Below are positions 27,203-36,752 of a stretch of DNA of 64,000 nucleotides, piece by piece. This DNA is from a virus: positions 25,400 to 89,399 of IMG/VR virus record IMGVR_UViG_3300032304_000700, one strand, 5' to 3'. A model generated the notes under the pieces. That model was given only the letters and a program-made list of their open reading frames with translations. It had not been told where the DNA came from and searched no databases. Within the stretch, counting starts at the first letter, position 1. Every line of letters starts with the position of its first letter. A program made the position numbers and the translations under genes.

Positions 27203-28620
27203 ATTGATACTGTAATATGTGTTTGATTTCCTACTGTTGATTTACTTAATTCCTTAAATTTTAAATTAGACAACCCGTCATGTTTTGTATTTTTATGGCC
27301 AGGTGCAACTTCATTTATATATCGTAACTGATTATATCTAGTTGTTATATTTTTCCAAGAACCATTTACGAAACCATTTTCTTCATGTGGTAATAATTCA
27401 AAAGTACAATCTCTTCTATGTGGGATATAAATTATTTTATTTTTTTCAGTAGATACTCCGGCCATTCCACAATTATTAACAATTCCATCATTATTATTGG
27501 CGGATAAATCTATAAGTTTATATTCTTTCATAAATTTGGCATCGTAATAAGTTTTTAATAAATGAGGTGATTGATATTCCCCATAACTTTGACTAAGACC
27601 AAAAAAATCATTTGTGGATATTTCTAAAATTTCTTCTTCTTTCAATATTCCATCAAATATTGCAAATGATTGAATCAATCCTTTAAAGAATTTAGGATTA
27701 GTTTCTCTATTTGGGTCACCTGCTCCTAAATAAAAATATGGTTCTTTTTTATATAAGTGTAATCTATTTTCTATTTTTTTGGAACCAACGATAATACCAT
27801 CTTGATACATTGTCACTATTTCATTTTTTGGGTCAATAGTTACACATATATTTGTTTTATAATTTGGTTTTATTTCTGAATTTATATAAATGATATTTTC
27901 ACATGCATCATATATTTCAAAATTATATCTACCATATGAATTATAATTTATACTCATGTCAAATCCAGGTATTGTAAATACTGAAAATGTGTCATCATAA
28001 GTTTCCGGATTACAATTTAATTCTTCCGGCATAAATGATGCAAATAATGTAATCTGATTTTTTGTATCTATTGGATTTTTACCAACTACATATGAGTCTT
28101 TTCCATTAAATTGTAAAGATGCCATATTAACACCTGGCATTTTTATTTCTTTTCTATATAATTCAACATTATGTTCTCTACATCGATGTAGTAAATCATT
28201 ATCCTCATATCCCCAACCCCAATATTCATTTGAGTAACCATTAATTGCTTCAAATATAGAATTAGGAAACATTGTTACTCCACCAAAATATTCGTCAAAC
28301 AAAATTCTATTAAAAGATTTGTCAATTGATATAAAATTTGATGCCAAATGTATAGGGTGGTTAGAATAAGTATAATCTGCATCTATTGGTATCATATCTA
28401 CATCATGAAAGACAATATAATCACATTTTAATTTTTTGGCATAAAAAAATCCTATATTTAATAGTTTTCCTCTATTAAATATTTTAGAATCATCTTGTTC
28501 AACTACAATTAATTCATAAGGTATATCCGTATTACTTAGATAATTTGATATAACTCTTTTGAATATTAGTAATTGTCTATCTCTAGCCCTGTATGGAACT
28601 ATGATACCTAATTTTTGCAT
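27199..28620 (-). CDS. GT7 (beta-1,4-galactosyltransferase-like) with inserted LamG domain, paralog
   Basis: IIVPYRAR, FNRGKLLNIG, FHDVDMIP, YFGGVT, NGYSNEYWGWGYEDND, then LamG, then HRRD.TFELLPH...DGLSNLKF...ITVSI. Confidence 0.85.
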   Translation of the reverse strand: MQKLGIIVPYRARDRQLLIFKRVISNYLSNTDIPYELIVVEQDDSKIFNRGKLLNIGFFYAKKLKCDYIVFHDVDMIPIDADYTYSNHPIHLASNFISIDKSFNRILFDEYFGGVTMFPNSIFEAINGYSNEYWGWGYEDNDLLHRCREHNVELYRKEIKMPGVNMASLQFNGKDSYVVGKNPIDTKNQITLFASFMPEELNCNPETYDDTFSVFTIPGFDMSINYNSYGRYNFEIYDACENIIYINSEIKPNYKTNICVTIDPKNEIVTMYQDGIIVGSKKIENRLHLYKKEPYFYLGAGDPNRETNPKFFKGLIQSFAIFDGILKEEEILEISTNDFFGLSQSYGEYQSPHLLKTYYDAKFMKEYKLIDLSANNNDGIVNNCGMAGVSTEKNKIIYIPHRRDCTFELLPHEENGFVNGSWKNITTRYNQLRYINEVAPGHKNTKHDGLSNLKFKELSKSTVGNQTHITVSI

Positions 28621-28790
28621 TACTTATCCTGACTTAATTTATGAAATTCAGTCAAATAATATTGAATACGATTGCTCCACTCATCTTTATCAATTTCTTC
28701 AAACCAAACGGTAAGTGCGTCTAATGAATTTGCAATCTTTTCTAAAGCTTTTATTTTTTTTGTTTCTAATAATAACTCTTCGTCTGTCAT
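28620..28790 (-). CDS. Small hypothetical protein (56 aa)
   Basis: Not in track; MTDEELLLETKKIKALEKIANSLDALTVWFEEIDKDEWSNRIQYYLTEFHKLSQDK; its stop overlaps the next start (TAATG). Confidence 0.65.
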   Translation of the reverse strand: MTDEELLLETKKIKALEKIANSLDALTVWFEEIDKDEWSNRIQYYLTEFHKLSQDK

Positions 28791-28806
28791 AATTTATTTA
28801 TTTTTA

Positions 28807-28838
28807 GTAATATATGATTTTTTATTTAAATTACCAAA
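28807..28838 (-). promoter_or_regulatory. Bacteroidota-type promoter TTTG-N20-TATATTAC heading the main glycan operon
   Basis: Minus strand TTTG gtaatttaaataaaaaatca TATATTAC. Confidence 0.55.
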
Positions 28839-29687
28839 TTATATTGCAATAATTTTTTTAAGTAATTTTATCCATTGTTTATATCCAAATTCTTTTCCTA
28901 TGTATTCAAACATATATTCCGTATTTGTAACATCTATTTCAAAATTATTACTTCTCAATGATTGATACATTTTTAAATATTCATTTGAAAAAGAATAATC
29001 TTTTTTAATATCAGCAACTTCTTTAATCCTTTTAATGCAAGTTGAATCCCATTTGAAATGATGTACCTGAACATTATATTCATCAATAGGTGCAATCAAC
29101 GGATGATTCCAACCTTGCCATCTCCATGTTGTTTGTCCGTCTATTTTTGCGTAGTGTTGACCGGGTGTAATTTCAATATATCCCCTCATTATACATATTT
29201 TATTTGGACATGCACCACTCATTGGGTATCTAAAAAATCCTGCAACTGGAAATTGGTCGAATATATTTTCTTTTTTATTTATCTTTGGAAAATCTCCTGT
29301 TTGGCCAATTCTATCAATGAATCCACCTCTTACTAATTCCCACCCGTTTCTATCACAATCTGAAATTATTTCTTTTAGTGGTTTTGAGTAAATATGTAAT
29401 TCATCATCATCCGAAACTACCCACCAATCATTAGGAAATAACATTTTAGTTTCATTATATAATTCGGTAACATATTCCCAATTAAATTTTTCTTTGGTTA
29501 CTCTTTGTACAATTTTTGCTGTATTAAATTCTTTTGTTATTTTTAAAACTTCATTATAAGTACTAGAACCTTCCCACTCATAAACTACTACATACATTTC
29601 GTCCACCAAATCTTTATAATGATTCAGCATATGCCACAAAGTGTCTACCCTGCTGCCAGTAACAGTAACTAATCTTATTTTATTCAT
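28839..29687 (-). CDS. GT2-like glycosyltransferase
   Basis: HMLNHY..LVD, DWWVVSDDDE (DxD-type), ITPGQH, VHHFKW. Confidence 0.7.
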   Translation of the reverse strand: MNKIRLVTVTGSRVDTLWHMLNHYKDLVDEMYVVVYEWEGSSTYNEVLKITKEFNTAKIVQRVTKEKFNWEYVTELYNETKMLFPNDWWVVSDDDELHIYSKPLKEIISDCDRNGWELVRGGFIDRIGQTGDFPKINKKENIFDQFPVAGFFRYPMSGACPNKICIMRGYIEITPGQHYAKIDGQTTWRWQGWNHPLIAPIDEYNVQVHHFKWDSTCIKRIKEVADIKKDYSFSNEYLKMYQSLRSNNFEIDVTNTEYMFEYIGKEFGYKQWIKLLKKIIAI

Positions 29688-29708
29688 TTAATTTTTTATT
29701 AATCTTTT

Positions 29709-30467
29709 TTAAAGCTTTCTTGTTAGCAGTGCTAAACCAGTGCTTGTAACTTTTTTATCAAACATACGAAAATTTTTTAAATTTACCAAATTCCATTTTT
29801 TATCCTCTTCTAATTCTTTAATAAATTTACATGGTCCGTCAAAAGGAACAAAATCTTCCTTTGAATTTTCCGTAACAACTAATGTATCATGGTAGGTTTG
29901 GTCGGTATCGTGAATTGTTATAATACCATTTTCAGACATTATAGTTGAATATAATTCAAAATCTTTTTTAACTCCTTCGTATGAATGGTCTCCGTCAATA
30001 TGTAAATAATCTATTTTCATATCTTGTCTTACAAAATAATCATAAAAAGCTCTTTCGGATGTTTCTAATATAACTTGTGGTGAAAAGTGTTGTCTTAAAA
30101 AACTATTTTCATTTGTCCAATCGGTAAACCCACCAACACCATTAGCAGCATCTATTATTATTGTAGTTCCAATATCACCCCATTCTGCTTGGCCATTTCC
30201 TTCAAATATATTTTGAGAATGTAAATCCATTCTAGCTTGTGTCATAAGTCTTGGAATAAAACCTCCTCCTGACCCAATACAGACACATATTTTTGCTCTA
30301 ATAAATTGAATGAAAGAATATACCAATAATCCATCACCCAGGTGTAAATCGGTTGCACCATGTGTCCAACGATATTTGACAGGTTCTAAAACTTCTTCAT
30401 CATTTTCGTTTATTGTATGATTATTTGTTAAATACTTTTTTATAAGTACATCATTAAGTAACTGCAT
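29709..30467 (-). CDS. Class I SAM-dependent methyltransferase (Methyltransf_24-like)
   Basis: VCIGSGGG, IDYLHIDGDHSYEGVKKD, GIITIHD. Confidence 0.85.
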   Translation of the reverse strand: MQLLNDVLIKKYLTNNHTINENDEEVLEPVKYRWTHGATDLHLGDGLLVYSFIQFIRAKICVCIGSGGGFIPRLMTQARMDLHSQNIFEGNGQAEWGDIGTTIIIDAANGVGGFTDWTNENSFLRQHFSPQVILETSERAFYDYFVRQDMKIDYLHIDGDHSYEGVKKDFELYSTIMSENGIITIHDTDQTYHDTLVVTENSKEDFVPFDGPCKFIKELEEDKKWNLVNLKNFRMFDKKVTSTGLALLTRKL

Positions 30468-31426
30468 ATTTCTTTAATCCAATTTTGTTTATTTGTATAT
30501 TTTGTCAATCCATCTCTCAATTTACAAAATTCTAAATTTACTTTTTCAAATTCATCCTCTTGTAATTCTAAATATCTTTGATGAAATTCCCCTTTACTAC
30601 TTGCTCTATATTTGTAATCAATACCTTTCATCCAATCGGTATGTATAATTGGAACTTTACCATTATCAACTGCATCAAAAATTGCATATCCAAATGGTTC
30701 TTTGGTATAACATCCATGAAATATTTGAAAGTTTTTTTGAAAAAAATTATTATGAAAATTATAATCAAATTCCATAAAATTATGATAGTCCGAATTAGTT
30801 TTTGACCCTTCTAACATTCTTTTGTAATCGTATTTGTTTGAAAAGATAATTGATGGAATGCAATCTAAATAGTGTGCATTCTTTCTGGTCTCACATCTTG
30901 CAGCATATCCAATTTTATTAGTTATTATTCCTGTGAATGGTTTATTGTGTTTCCATTCATAGTAGTTTGTAATCGTTTTTGTTTTTGGATATTGATTGTG
31001 TATTGTATCGTTTTCATATCCTATCCAAACTATGTTTTCGGAATTATCTAATATTTCTTTTTGCCATTCCCAATCGACTTTTGTCATTATATTTTCGTAA
31101 TCAGAATTTAAACCCAACATATCAGGAATAAACGCATGGACAAATGTAAGATAAGTTTTGTGTAAATAGTTTTTAATAATAGGATTTTGTTTGTAAGAGT
31201 GATGTAAGAAAATAATCTTATCACATTCATCTAATATTTTATCAACTTCTTTTTCGTTTCCAAAAGTGTAGATTGCATCAATTTCTCTAATCAACGGCCT
31301 GCCATCAATTATAATTTTATAATCTTCTTTGACTAATGGTAAAACATTTTCTATAAAGTTATTGCACCAAATATCAGCACCACCGATAACATTTTTTCCA
31401 TAACCTGTTGTAATAAAAACTATCAT
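30440..31426 (-). CDS. GT-B (GT4-like) glycosyltransferase
   Basis: GGAD N-terminal motif, ARCETRKN, EPFGYAIFDAV..G..PI. Confidence 0.75.
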   Translation of the reverse strand: MIVFITTGYGKNVIGGADIWCNNFIENVLPLVKEDYKIIIDGRPLIREIDAIYTFGNEKEVDKILDECDKIIFLHHSYKQNPIIKNYLHKTYLTFVHAFIPDMLGLNSDYENIMTKVDWEWQKEILDNSENIVWIGYENDTIHNQYPKTKTITNYYEWKHNKPFTGIITNKIGYAARCETRKNAHYLDCIPSIIFSNKYDYKRMLEGSKTNSDYHNFMEFDYNFHNNFFQKNFQIFHGCYTKEPFGYAIFDAVDNGKVPIIHTDWMKGIDYKYRASSKGEFHQRYLELQEDEFEKVNLEFCKLRDGLTKYTNKQNWIKEICSYLMMYL

Positions 31427-31444
31427 AACTTATTTTAATATTTT

Positions 31445-31843
31445 TTACAATCCACAATCACCTAAATATCTAAAATCTCCAGAATTACTTATTCTACCAT
31501 ATGAAGTAGCATCTGAGTAAATTCTTCCACCACCAGCAAATTCGGTACCATCTGAATTATAATATGTTGTTCCATCATTTAAACCACCATACTCATTACT
31601 ATAAAGTACATTAGTATAATTTCCATTTCCGGCATTTAAACAAGCTGTTCCAGTTGGTCCAGTTGTTCCAGTTGCAACAAAAAATGCATAAGTATATCCA
31701 CCACCCCCTCCTCCTGGATTTAGCCAACTATCAAATTCCGACATACTATCTGGTGCAGTAAGTCCTCTAGCAGCGGCATAACTTCTAAGATTTAAATCCG
31801 AGCTTCCTAATTTATTTTTTATAGCTAACATTGATTGACTCAT
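31445..31843 (-). CDS. Gly-rich small fibre-associated protein (possible adhesin tip)
   Basis: Coupled (TAATG) to the tail fibre stop; PDSMSEF motif, poly-Gly linker, Gly/Tyr/Thr-rich C-terminus with two Cys. Confidence 0.5.
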   Translation of the reverse strand: MSQSMLAIKNKLGSSDLNLRSYAAARGLTAPDSMSEFDSWLNPGGGGGGYTYAFFVATGTTGPTGTACLNAGNGNYTNVLYSNEYGGLNDGTTYYNSDGTEFAGGGRIYSDATSYGRISNSGDFRYLGDCGL

Positions 31844-34800
31844 TATCTATTCCTTTTTAATTCTTCAATTTCTGATTTTAATTCTTTAATACACTCAACC
31901 AATAATGGAACGATTCTTTCATAATTTAAAGTCATATAATTTTCACCAGATTTACTTTGATTAGTTTGACCAAGAGAATCAAAAGGTGCCAAATCAATCA
32001 CTTCAGGTAAAACTTCGTTAACTTCTTGTGCAATTAATCCAATTTGTCTTTTTTTATTTTTAAATCCAAAATCTTCCGCTAATTTATTTTGTGTATAATA
32101 TACCCCGTTTAACTTTTCAATTTTATCTAACGGATTTTCAATTTTGCCTTCAATATTTTTTAATCTACCATCAGAATAGTTTGCCACTACATCACCCCAA
32201 ACCTGTAATTTTGTACCATTTAAAGTTGCCCATGGCCCCCCTGCATATTGACCAAAAGTAAATGAAGTCAGAGCACTCAATACCGTATTTCTTTCAATAG
32301 ATTCTAATCCTGGTATCCCCTCATTATATATAGTTTTATATCCTCTAAGAAATCCCATTATAGTTGCCGGTGTGTCCGGGTCCCTAAATTCAAAATTACC
32401 CCCAGGTGTAATCGTTTGCGGGTTCATACCTGATGCTAGAACATCTTTCCACCCTCTTATTATGACATTTGAATTTACAGTCATATTACCAGATAATGTT
32501 GCATTTCCACTACTATCTACTGAAAATTTATCCGGCCCGATATTAATAGTACCACCGGTTATGGTTGTACCACTTAAGGTTCCACCGGTTATGGTTGTAC
32601 CACTTATTGTTGTACCACTTATTGTTGTACCACTTAATGTTCCACCGGTTATAGTAGAACCACTTACTGCTCCTTTAAAGAATGCATTCCCCGATGTATC
32701 AATATAAAATTGTTGTGCATGTATAGAACCACCACTATTTAAAGTTATACCAGATGTTGAAAAACCATCTGTATCTTTTGTTCCACTAAATATTGAATTA
32801 CTATCTATTGTCCAACCACCAACAGTACCTGCCGTTTTAGCAGAACCATTTTGTTGAGCAGTTGCACCACTAGCCGCACCATCTTTAACGGTTGTTGCAT
32901 CTGTTCCACCAATTGTTGCCGTACCTGAAATTGAAACACTACCTGCTATTACAACTCCTTCACTTTCAGTGAATTTTATGTGTGCACCAGACGGGTCTCC
33001 AAATCTCATACTACCTGTTGTATCTAAGTAATATCCTTTTCCGGTCATTAATGCCGATGCATTTGCACTTCTAATAAATCCTTTATCACTTGTACCATAT
33101 GTTCCCATTACTAAACCTCGTGTAATAGTTGCATCTTGTGCCAAAAGAATATCAGTTGCAACCGAACTAAACGTTGCACCAAATGAACTCCATTGATTTA
33201 AATATGATGTACCAGTTATTGGTTTATCCACTGCACCATCTGCAGTAGATGTGTGTCCTACTTTTGTTAAATAGTATTGTGAATTACTACCTCTTACAAC
33301 ATCTATTCTAACGGATGATGAAAAATATGCTGTATTAGGTGCCCAATCTCCTCTATAAACTACACCTGGTCCTGCACCACCATCTGCACCATTTAAACCG
33401 TTACTTCCTGCAGTTCCCGTATTCACTTTTGTAAATCTTGCAACAATAGTTTGTGTTTGACCAGTAGTACCTTCACTATCAGTATGTGTTACAACAATTG
33501 TAGCAGATGCTTCAGCTGCATTCATTACTGCAGATGTCATTGTTAATATTGCACTACTAATTGTTGGATTTGTTGAAAACCCTGAATATGTTGCAGTCAT
33601 AGATGTAAATCTACTCGTAGTTCCTTCCAATGCAGTTACTGTCACATTTGATAAAATTCCAGTTTGAACACCAGCAGCATTGGCCAATACCGATTGTGCT
33701 TGTGGAGTTGCAGATATAACTACATTTGGAACTGCTTTTTTAGTTTTTGATAATGCCAATGTATCTGTTATAGTTCTACTTACACCTTCCGAATCTGTAA
33801 CTACTGCACTAATATCTACAGTTGTTGAATTTACTCCGTTTGCTAAAGTTTTTCCATTTAAAGTAATCAATCCTGTTGATGGTGTTGTTGATATAGTTGC
33901 AATATTTGCAGATGTTGCAGTTAAAGATGTTATCGTTAAATTTGTAGTAACACCATTATAAGTTTCTTTTACCGATATGGTTACATTTGAAAATGCATCT
34001 ATTTGTTCACCTGTTGATTTTGCAGTTACTGTTTGGTCTTTTGGTGTTGATGTAATTTGCAAAACGGGTGCAGCTTTTTTGTTTTTAGTATATGTTACTA
34101 ATTTTGTTGTATCAGATGTATCACCCGCACCATCTTTATATCTTATAGTCAAATTCAAAGAACCACTATCAGCATCTAATCTTGTTATGAAATAGTCGGT
34201 TGTTGAATAATTCAATGAACCAGTTTGAACATTTGTTGCAACTGCCGATACAACATCAAATCTATTATTTGCAGATAATCCATTATTATGTGTTATAGTT
34301 TCATTACCAACTTTAACACTAACCGAACCACTACTCAATACAAAAGAACCACTTTCTACAAATCCAGTAGAACGTGCCGGTAGTGATGCATTATCGTTTG
34401 TCAAAGATACAGATAATCCATCTAATATTTTTACAGGACTTATTTTAATTGCATCTGAAAATACATTCCCAAATTGGTCAGAACCAGAAATAGAATAAAT
34501 CGTTTCACCCGTTCCATATGGATAAGATGTTCCTGATAATGTATAAGTATCTACACCATTTGTTGTATTTGTGGAAACATATGTTAGAGCGGGTTTTCCA
34601 CTTCCAGAATTTACAGTTAAAGGAGTGTCTGCAGATGCTAAGTTTTTTCTTTTAGCTTCAAGTGTTATAACTTGACCTGTTGGGTTTAATGATAAATCGG
34701 TTGCTTTGTAAATAAATTGATTTGTATTTGCAGTTACAAAAACACCAGGTGCATTATCACCATCTTCAAATCTATAAATTGTTTCATGTTGATGTAATTC

Positions 34801-36465
34801 TTCACATGATGCAGTATATGTAATTGACCCAATCGTTATATTTGCAAGACTTCCAGTAAACTCATCTATATGTGCAATAAAACCATTTTCACTTGGATTT
34901 GTAGGTTCTCCTGGATATGGATAAGGGCCACCTGGAGCTGAAGCATAAACGGATGGTGCAATATAACTTCCTGTTAGGTCAAAAACTGAACGGCCGTATG
35001 TTACCGAACCTGTTAAATTTGTCCTTCCAACTGTAAATGCAATTTGTTGAAATCTCGGATTACCAATTGAACCAGTAGCAAATCTAAATGCATTTCTATC
35101 CGAATCAAATGTTAATGTTTTTGCTACTCTATTTAAATTACCTCCTGTAAAATTTGCACTTTGAGTAACAAACACAGGTACATAGTTATTATTAACATCG
35201 TAAAATTCAAACTTAAAATTATAATCTTCATTACCAATTGAAGTAGGCATTGTAGTTATAAAAGAAACCTCATCAGGAGAAAAAGCTGTATCTTGTGATA
35301 ATCTCAAACTAATATTTCCTAAATGCCATTCACCTTGAGATTGTGAAAAATACAAAGATGCAGTTGGATAATCTCTATCTATTTTAAATGGTATTACCGT
35401 ATCTAATAAATTTTTAGTTGGTTGTGTTCCTACTAAAGTTGCAAGACTACTTGTAAATGTTGTAGACTGAGAAACATAACTCAAATATATCCCCAAATTA
35501 CTAGATGTGGATGCTGAATAAAATGCATCTAAATTTAATTCATATGTATTTGCACTTTTTATATCTAAAGATGAGGTATATGTTAATTTTCCGTTACCAG
35601 TCATCTTTATACCACTCTCAACTCTATTATTTGATAATTGTGTATTCAATGAACCAGTATTCCAATAATTTTTAAGTGTTTCTGATGTAAATGTTCCTGT
35701 ATTTCCTACGACACTTCCCGATAGTCCAAATGTAGTTAATAATTCTTTTGATTCAACTAATATATCTTGTATCAAACTAAAATCGGATATATCACCCAAT
35801 GAAGTTCTAAATACTTTTACTCTTTTTACATCTCCGGCAAATGTTTCTAAATTTGATAACTTAATATCTGCAAATGATTGACTTATTCCTGAATTTATTT
35901 TTGAACCACTATCTATTCTATAAATTGGTTCTAATAATTCAGTAATACTTACGGTAGGCCTTTTATAAAATCTAATCTTAGTGGTATTTGCAAGAGATGG
36001 GTTTACATCAATTTGCTTTTGCCATTTTACATTATACTTATTTTCCCAATCCAACGGCACAGGAAGTGTAAGACCATTTGAATCTTGATATTCACTTAAT
36101 TCACCCAATATAGTAAGTGTACAAGGGCCATATGCAGTATCCGGATAAACATATACTGCAACTACTTTAGAAACACCTTCATAATATTCTGCAATAAATG
36201 GTTCACCACCTAATGATGAAGAAATCAAACCCTCACCAGGTTCGTGATAGATAACATTTCCGGCAGAATCTTTTAATTCAATCTGTATTTTAGTATCCGG
36301 AACCAAATATTCCGAACCTGCGATTAAGAATGCATTTTTTCCACCTGTAAATGTGTCAGGTAGTTCGGTTATTTTAAAATATTTACTATCCGATTGAGTA
36401 TCGTTTACTAATATAGCGTACTTATCTAAATTCTTTGGGAATAATGTTTTCTTTATAACAGCCAT
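31843..36465 (-). CDS. Long tail fibre/spike with C-terminal peptidase S74 intramolecular chaperone
   Basis: Ser/Thr/Gly-rich beta repeats, short collagen-like GxxGxxG, YRGDW..NTAY module, (S/T)G(T/G)T(I/L) repeats, YSDGRLKN...GLIAQEV...LNYERIVPLLVECIKEL. Confidence 0.9.
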   Translation of the reverse strand: MAVIKKTLFPKNLDKYAILVNDTQSDSKYFKITELPDTFTGGKNAFLIAGSEYLVPDTKIQIELKDSAGNVIYHEPGEGLISSSLGGEPFIAEYYEGVSKVVAVYVYPDTAYGPCTLTILGELSEYQDSNGLTLPVPLDWENKYNVKWQKQIDVNPSLANTTKIRFYKRPTVSITELLEPIYRIDSGSKINSGISQSFADIKLSNLETFAGDVKRVKVFRTSLGDISDFSLIQDILVESKELLTTFGLSGSVVGNTGTFTSETLKNYWNTGSLNTQLSNNRVESGIKMTGNGKLTYTSSLDIKSANTYELNLDAFYSASTSSNLGIYLSYVSQSTTFTSSLATLVGTQPTKNLLDTVIPFKIDRDYPTASLYFSQSQGEWHLGNISLRLSQDTAFSPDEVSFITTMPTSIGNEDYNFKFEFYDVNNNYVPVFVTQSANFTGGNLNRVAKTLTFDSDRNAFRFATGSIGNPRFQQIAFTVGRTNLTGSVTYGRSVFDLTGSYIAPSVYASAPGGPYPYPGEPTNPSENGFIAHIDEFTGSLANITIGSITYTASCEELHQHETIYRFEDGDNAPGVFVTANTNQFIYKATDLSLNPTGQVITLEAKRKNLASADTPLTVNSGSGKPALTYVSTNTTNGVDTYTLSGTSYPYGTGETIYSISGSDQFGNVFSDAIKISPVKILDGLSVSLTNDNASLPARSTGFVESGSFVLSSGSVSVKVGNETITHNNGLSANNRFDVVSAVATNVQTGSLNYSTTDYFITRLDADSGSLNLTIRYKDGAGDTSDTTKLVTYTKNKKAAPVLQITSTPKDQTVTAKSTGEQIDAFSNVTISVKETYNGVTTNLTITSLTATSANIATISTTPSTGLITLNGKTLANGVNSTTVDISAVVTDSEGVSRTITDTLALSKTKKAVPNVVISATPQAQSVLANAAGVQTGILSNVTVTALEGTTSRFTSMTATYSGFSTNPTISSAILTMTSAVMNAAEASATIVVTHTDSEGTTGQTQTIVARFTKVNTGTAGSNGLNGADGGAGPGVVYRGDWAPNTAYFSSSVRIDVVRGSNSQYYLTKVGHTSTADGAVDKPITGTSYLNQWSSFGATFSSVATDILLAQDATITRGLVMGTYGTSDKGFIRSANASALMTGKGYYLDTTGSMRFGDPSGAHIKFTESEGVVIAGSVSISGTATIGGTDATTVKDGAASGATAQQNGSAKTAGTVGGWTIDSNSIFSGTKDTDGFSTSGITLNSGGSIHAQQFYIDTSGNAFFKGAVSGSTITGGTLSGTTISGTTISGTTITGGTLSGTTITGGTINIGPDKFSVDSSGNATLSGNMTVNSNVIIRGWKDVLASGMNPQTITPGGNFEFRDPDTPATIMGFLRGYKTIYNEGIPGLESIERNTVLSALTSFTFGQYAGGPWATLNGTKLQVWGDVVANYSDGRLKNIEGKIENPLDKIEKLNGVYYTQNKLAEDFGFKNKKRQIGLIAQEVNEVLPEVIDLAPFDSLGQTNQSKSGENYMTLNYERIVPLLVECIKELKSEIEELKRNR
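32548..32666 (-). repeat. 15-nt-unit tandem repeat encoding pentapeptide repeats
   Basis: GSTITGGTLSGTTISGTTISGTTITGGTLSGTTITGGTI; exact 25-nt direct repeat at 32552-32576 and 32582-32606. Confidence 0.85.
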
Positions 36466-36477
36466 TTAATCTTTTTA

Positions 36478-36516
36478 AATAAATATCTCCAAAAAAATTA
36501 TTATCTCATATTTATA
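36478..36516. promoter_or_regulatory. Back-to-back divergent late-type promoters
   Basis: Minus-strand ATATTTATT (36478-36486) before the fibre gene and plus-strand ATATTTATA (36508-36516) before the RHH gene. Confidence 0.65.
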
Positions 36517-36517
36517 T

Positions 36518-36560
36518 AAAGAAAACTAATAAAGTCTTTAAAAAACTAAAGAAAACTAAA
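36518..36560 (+). repeat. Three (G/A)AAAACTAA boxes, putative RHH operator
   Basis: aaagaaaactaa at 36518, then aaaaactaaagaaaactaaa at 36541-36560, between the promoter and the ATG. Confidence 0.6.
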
Positions 36561-36566
36561 TAAGTT

Positions 36567-36752
36567 ATGAAATACGCAATGTTACAAATCAAAAAAGAAA
36601 CCCATGAACTTCTCAAAGAATATTGTGAAGAACACGGGTTTAAAATGGGTAGTCTAGTTGAAAATCTAATTAAGAAACACATTGGTGTCTCAAAACCACA
36701 ATCAAGTGTGTTGAAGGCTGATAAGGTAGTTCTTAGAAATCAATCTTACTAA
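36567..36752 (+). CDS. Ribbon-helix-helix (Arc/CopG-like) DNA-binding protein
   Basis: Strand YAMLQI, helix KETHELLKEYCEEHG, helix KMGSLVENLIKKHI; own promoter motif; fills an intergenic gap. Confidence 0.75.
   Translation: MKYAMLQIKKETHELLKEYCEEHGFKMGSLVENLIKKHIGVSKPQSSVLKADKVVLRNQSY

Noticed and set aside
13038-31426. Host chromosomal O-antigen/capsule locus (prophage boundary or chimera)
   Set aside because: Flanked on both sides by co-oriented phage core genes with tight junctions, and lacks wzx/wzy/wzz/ABC export or initiating transferase genes.
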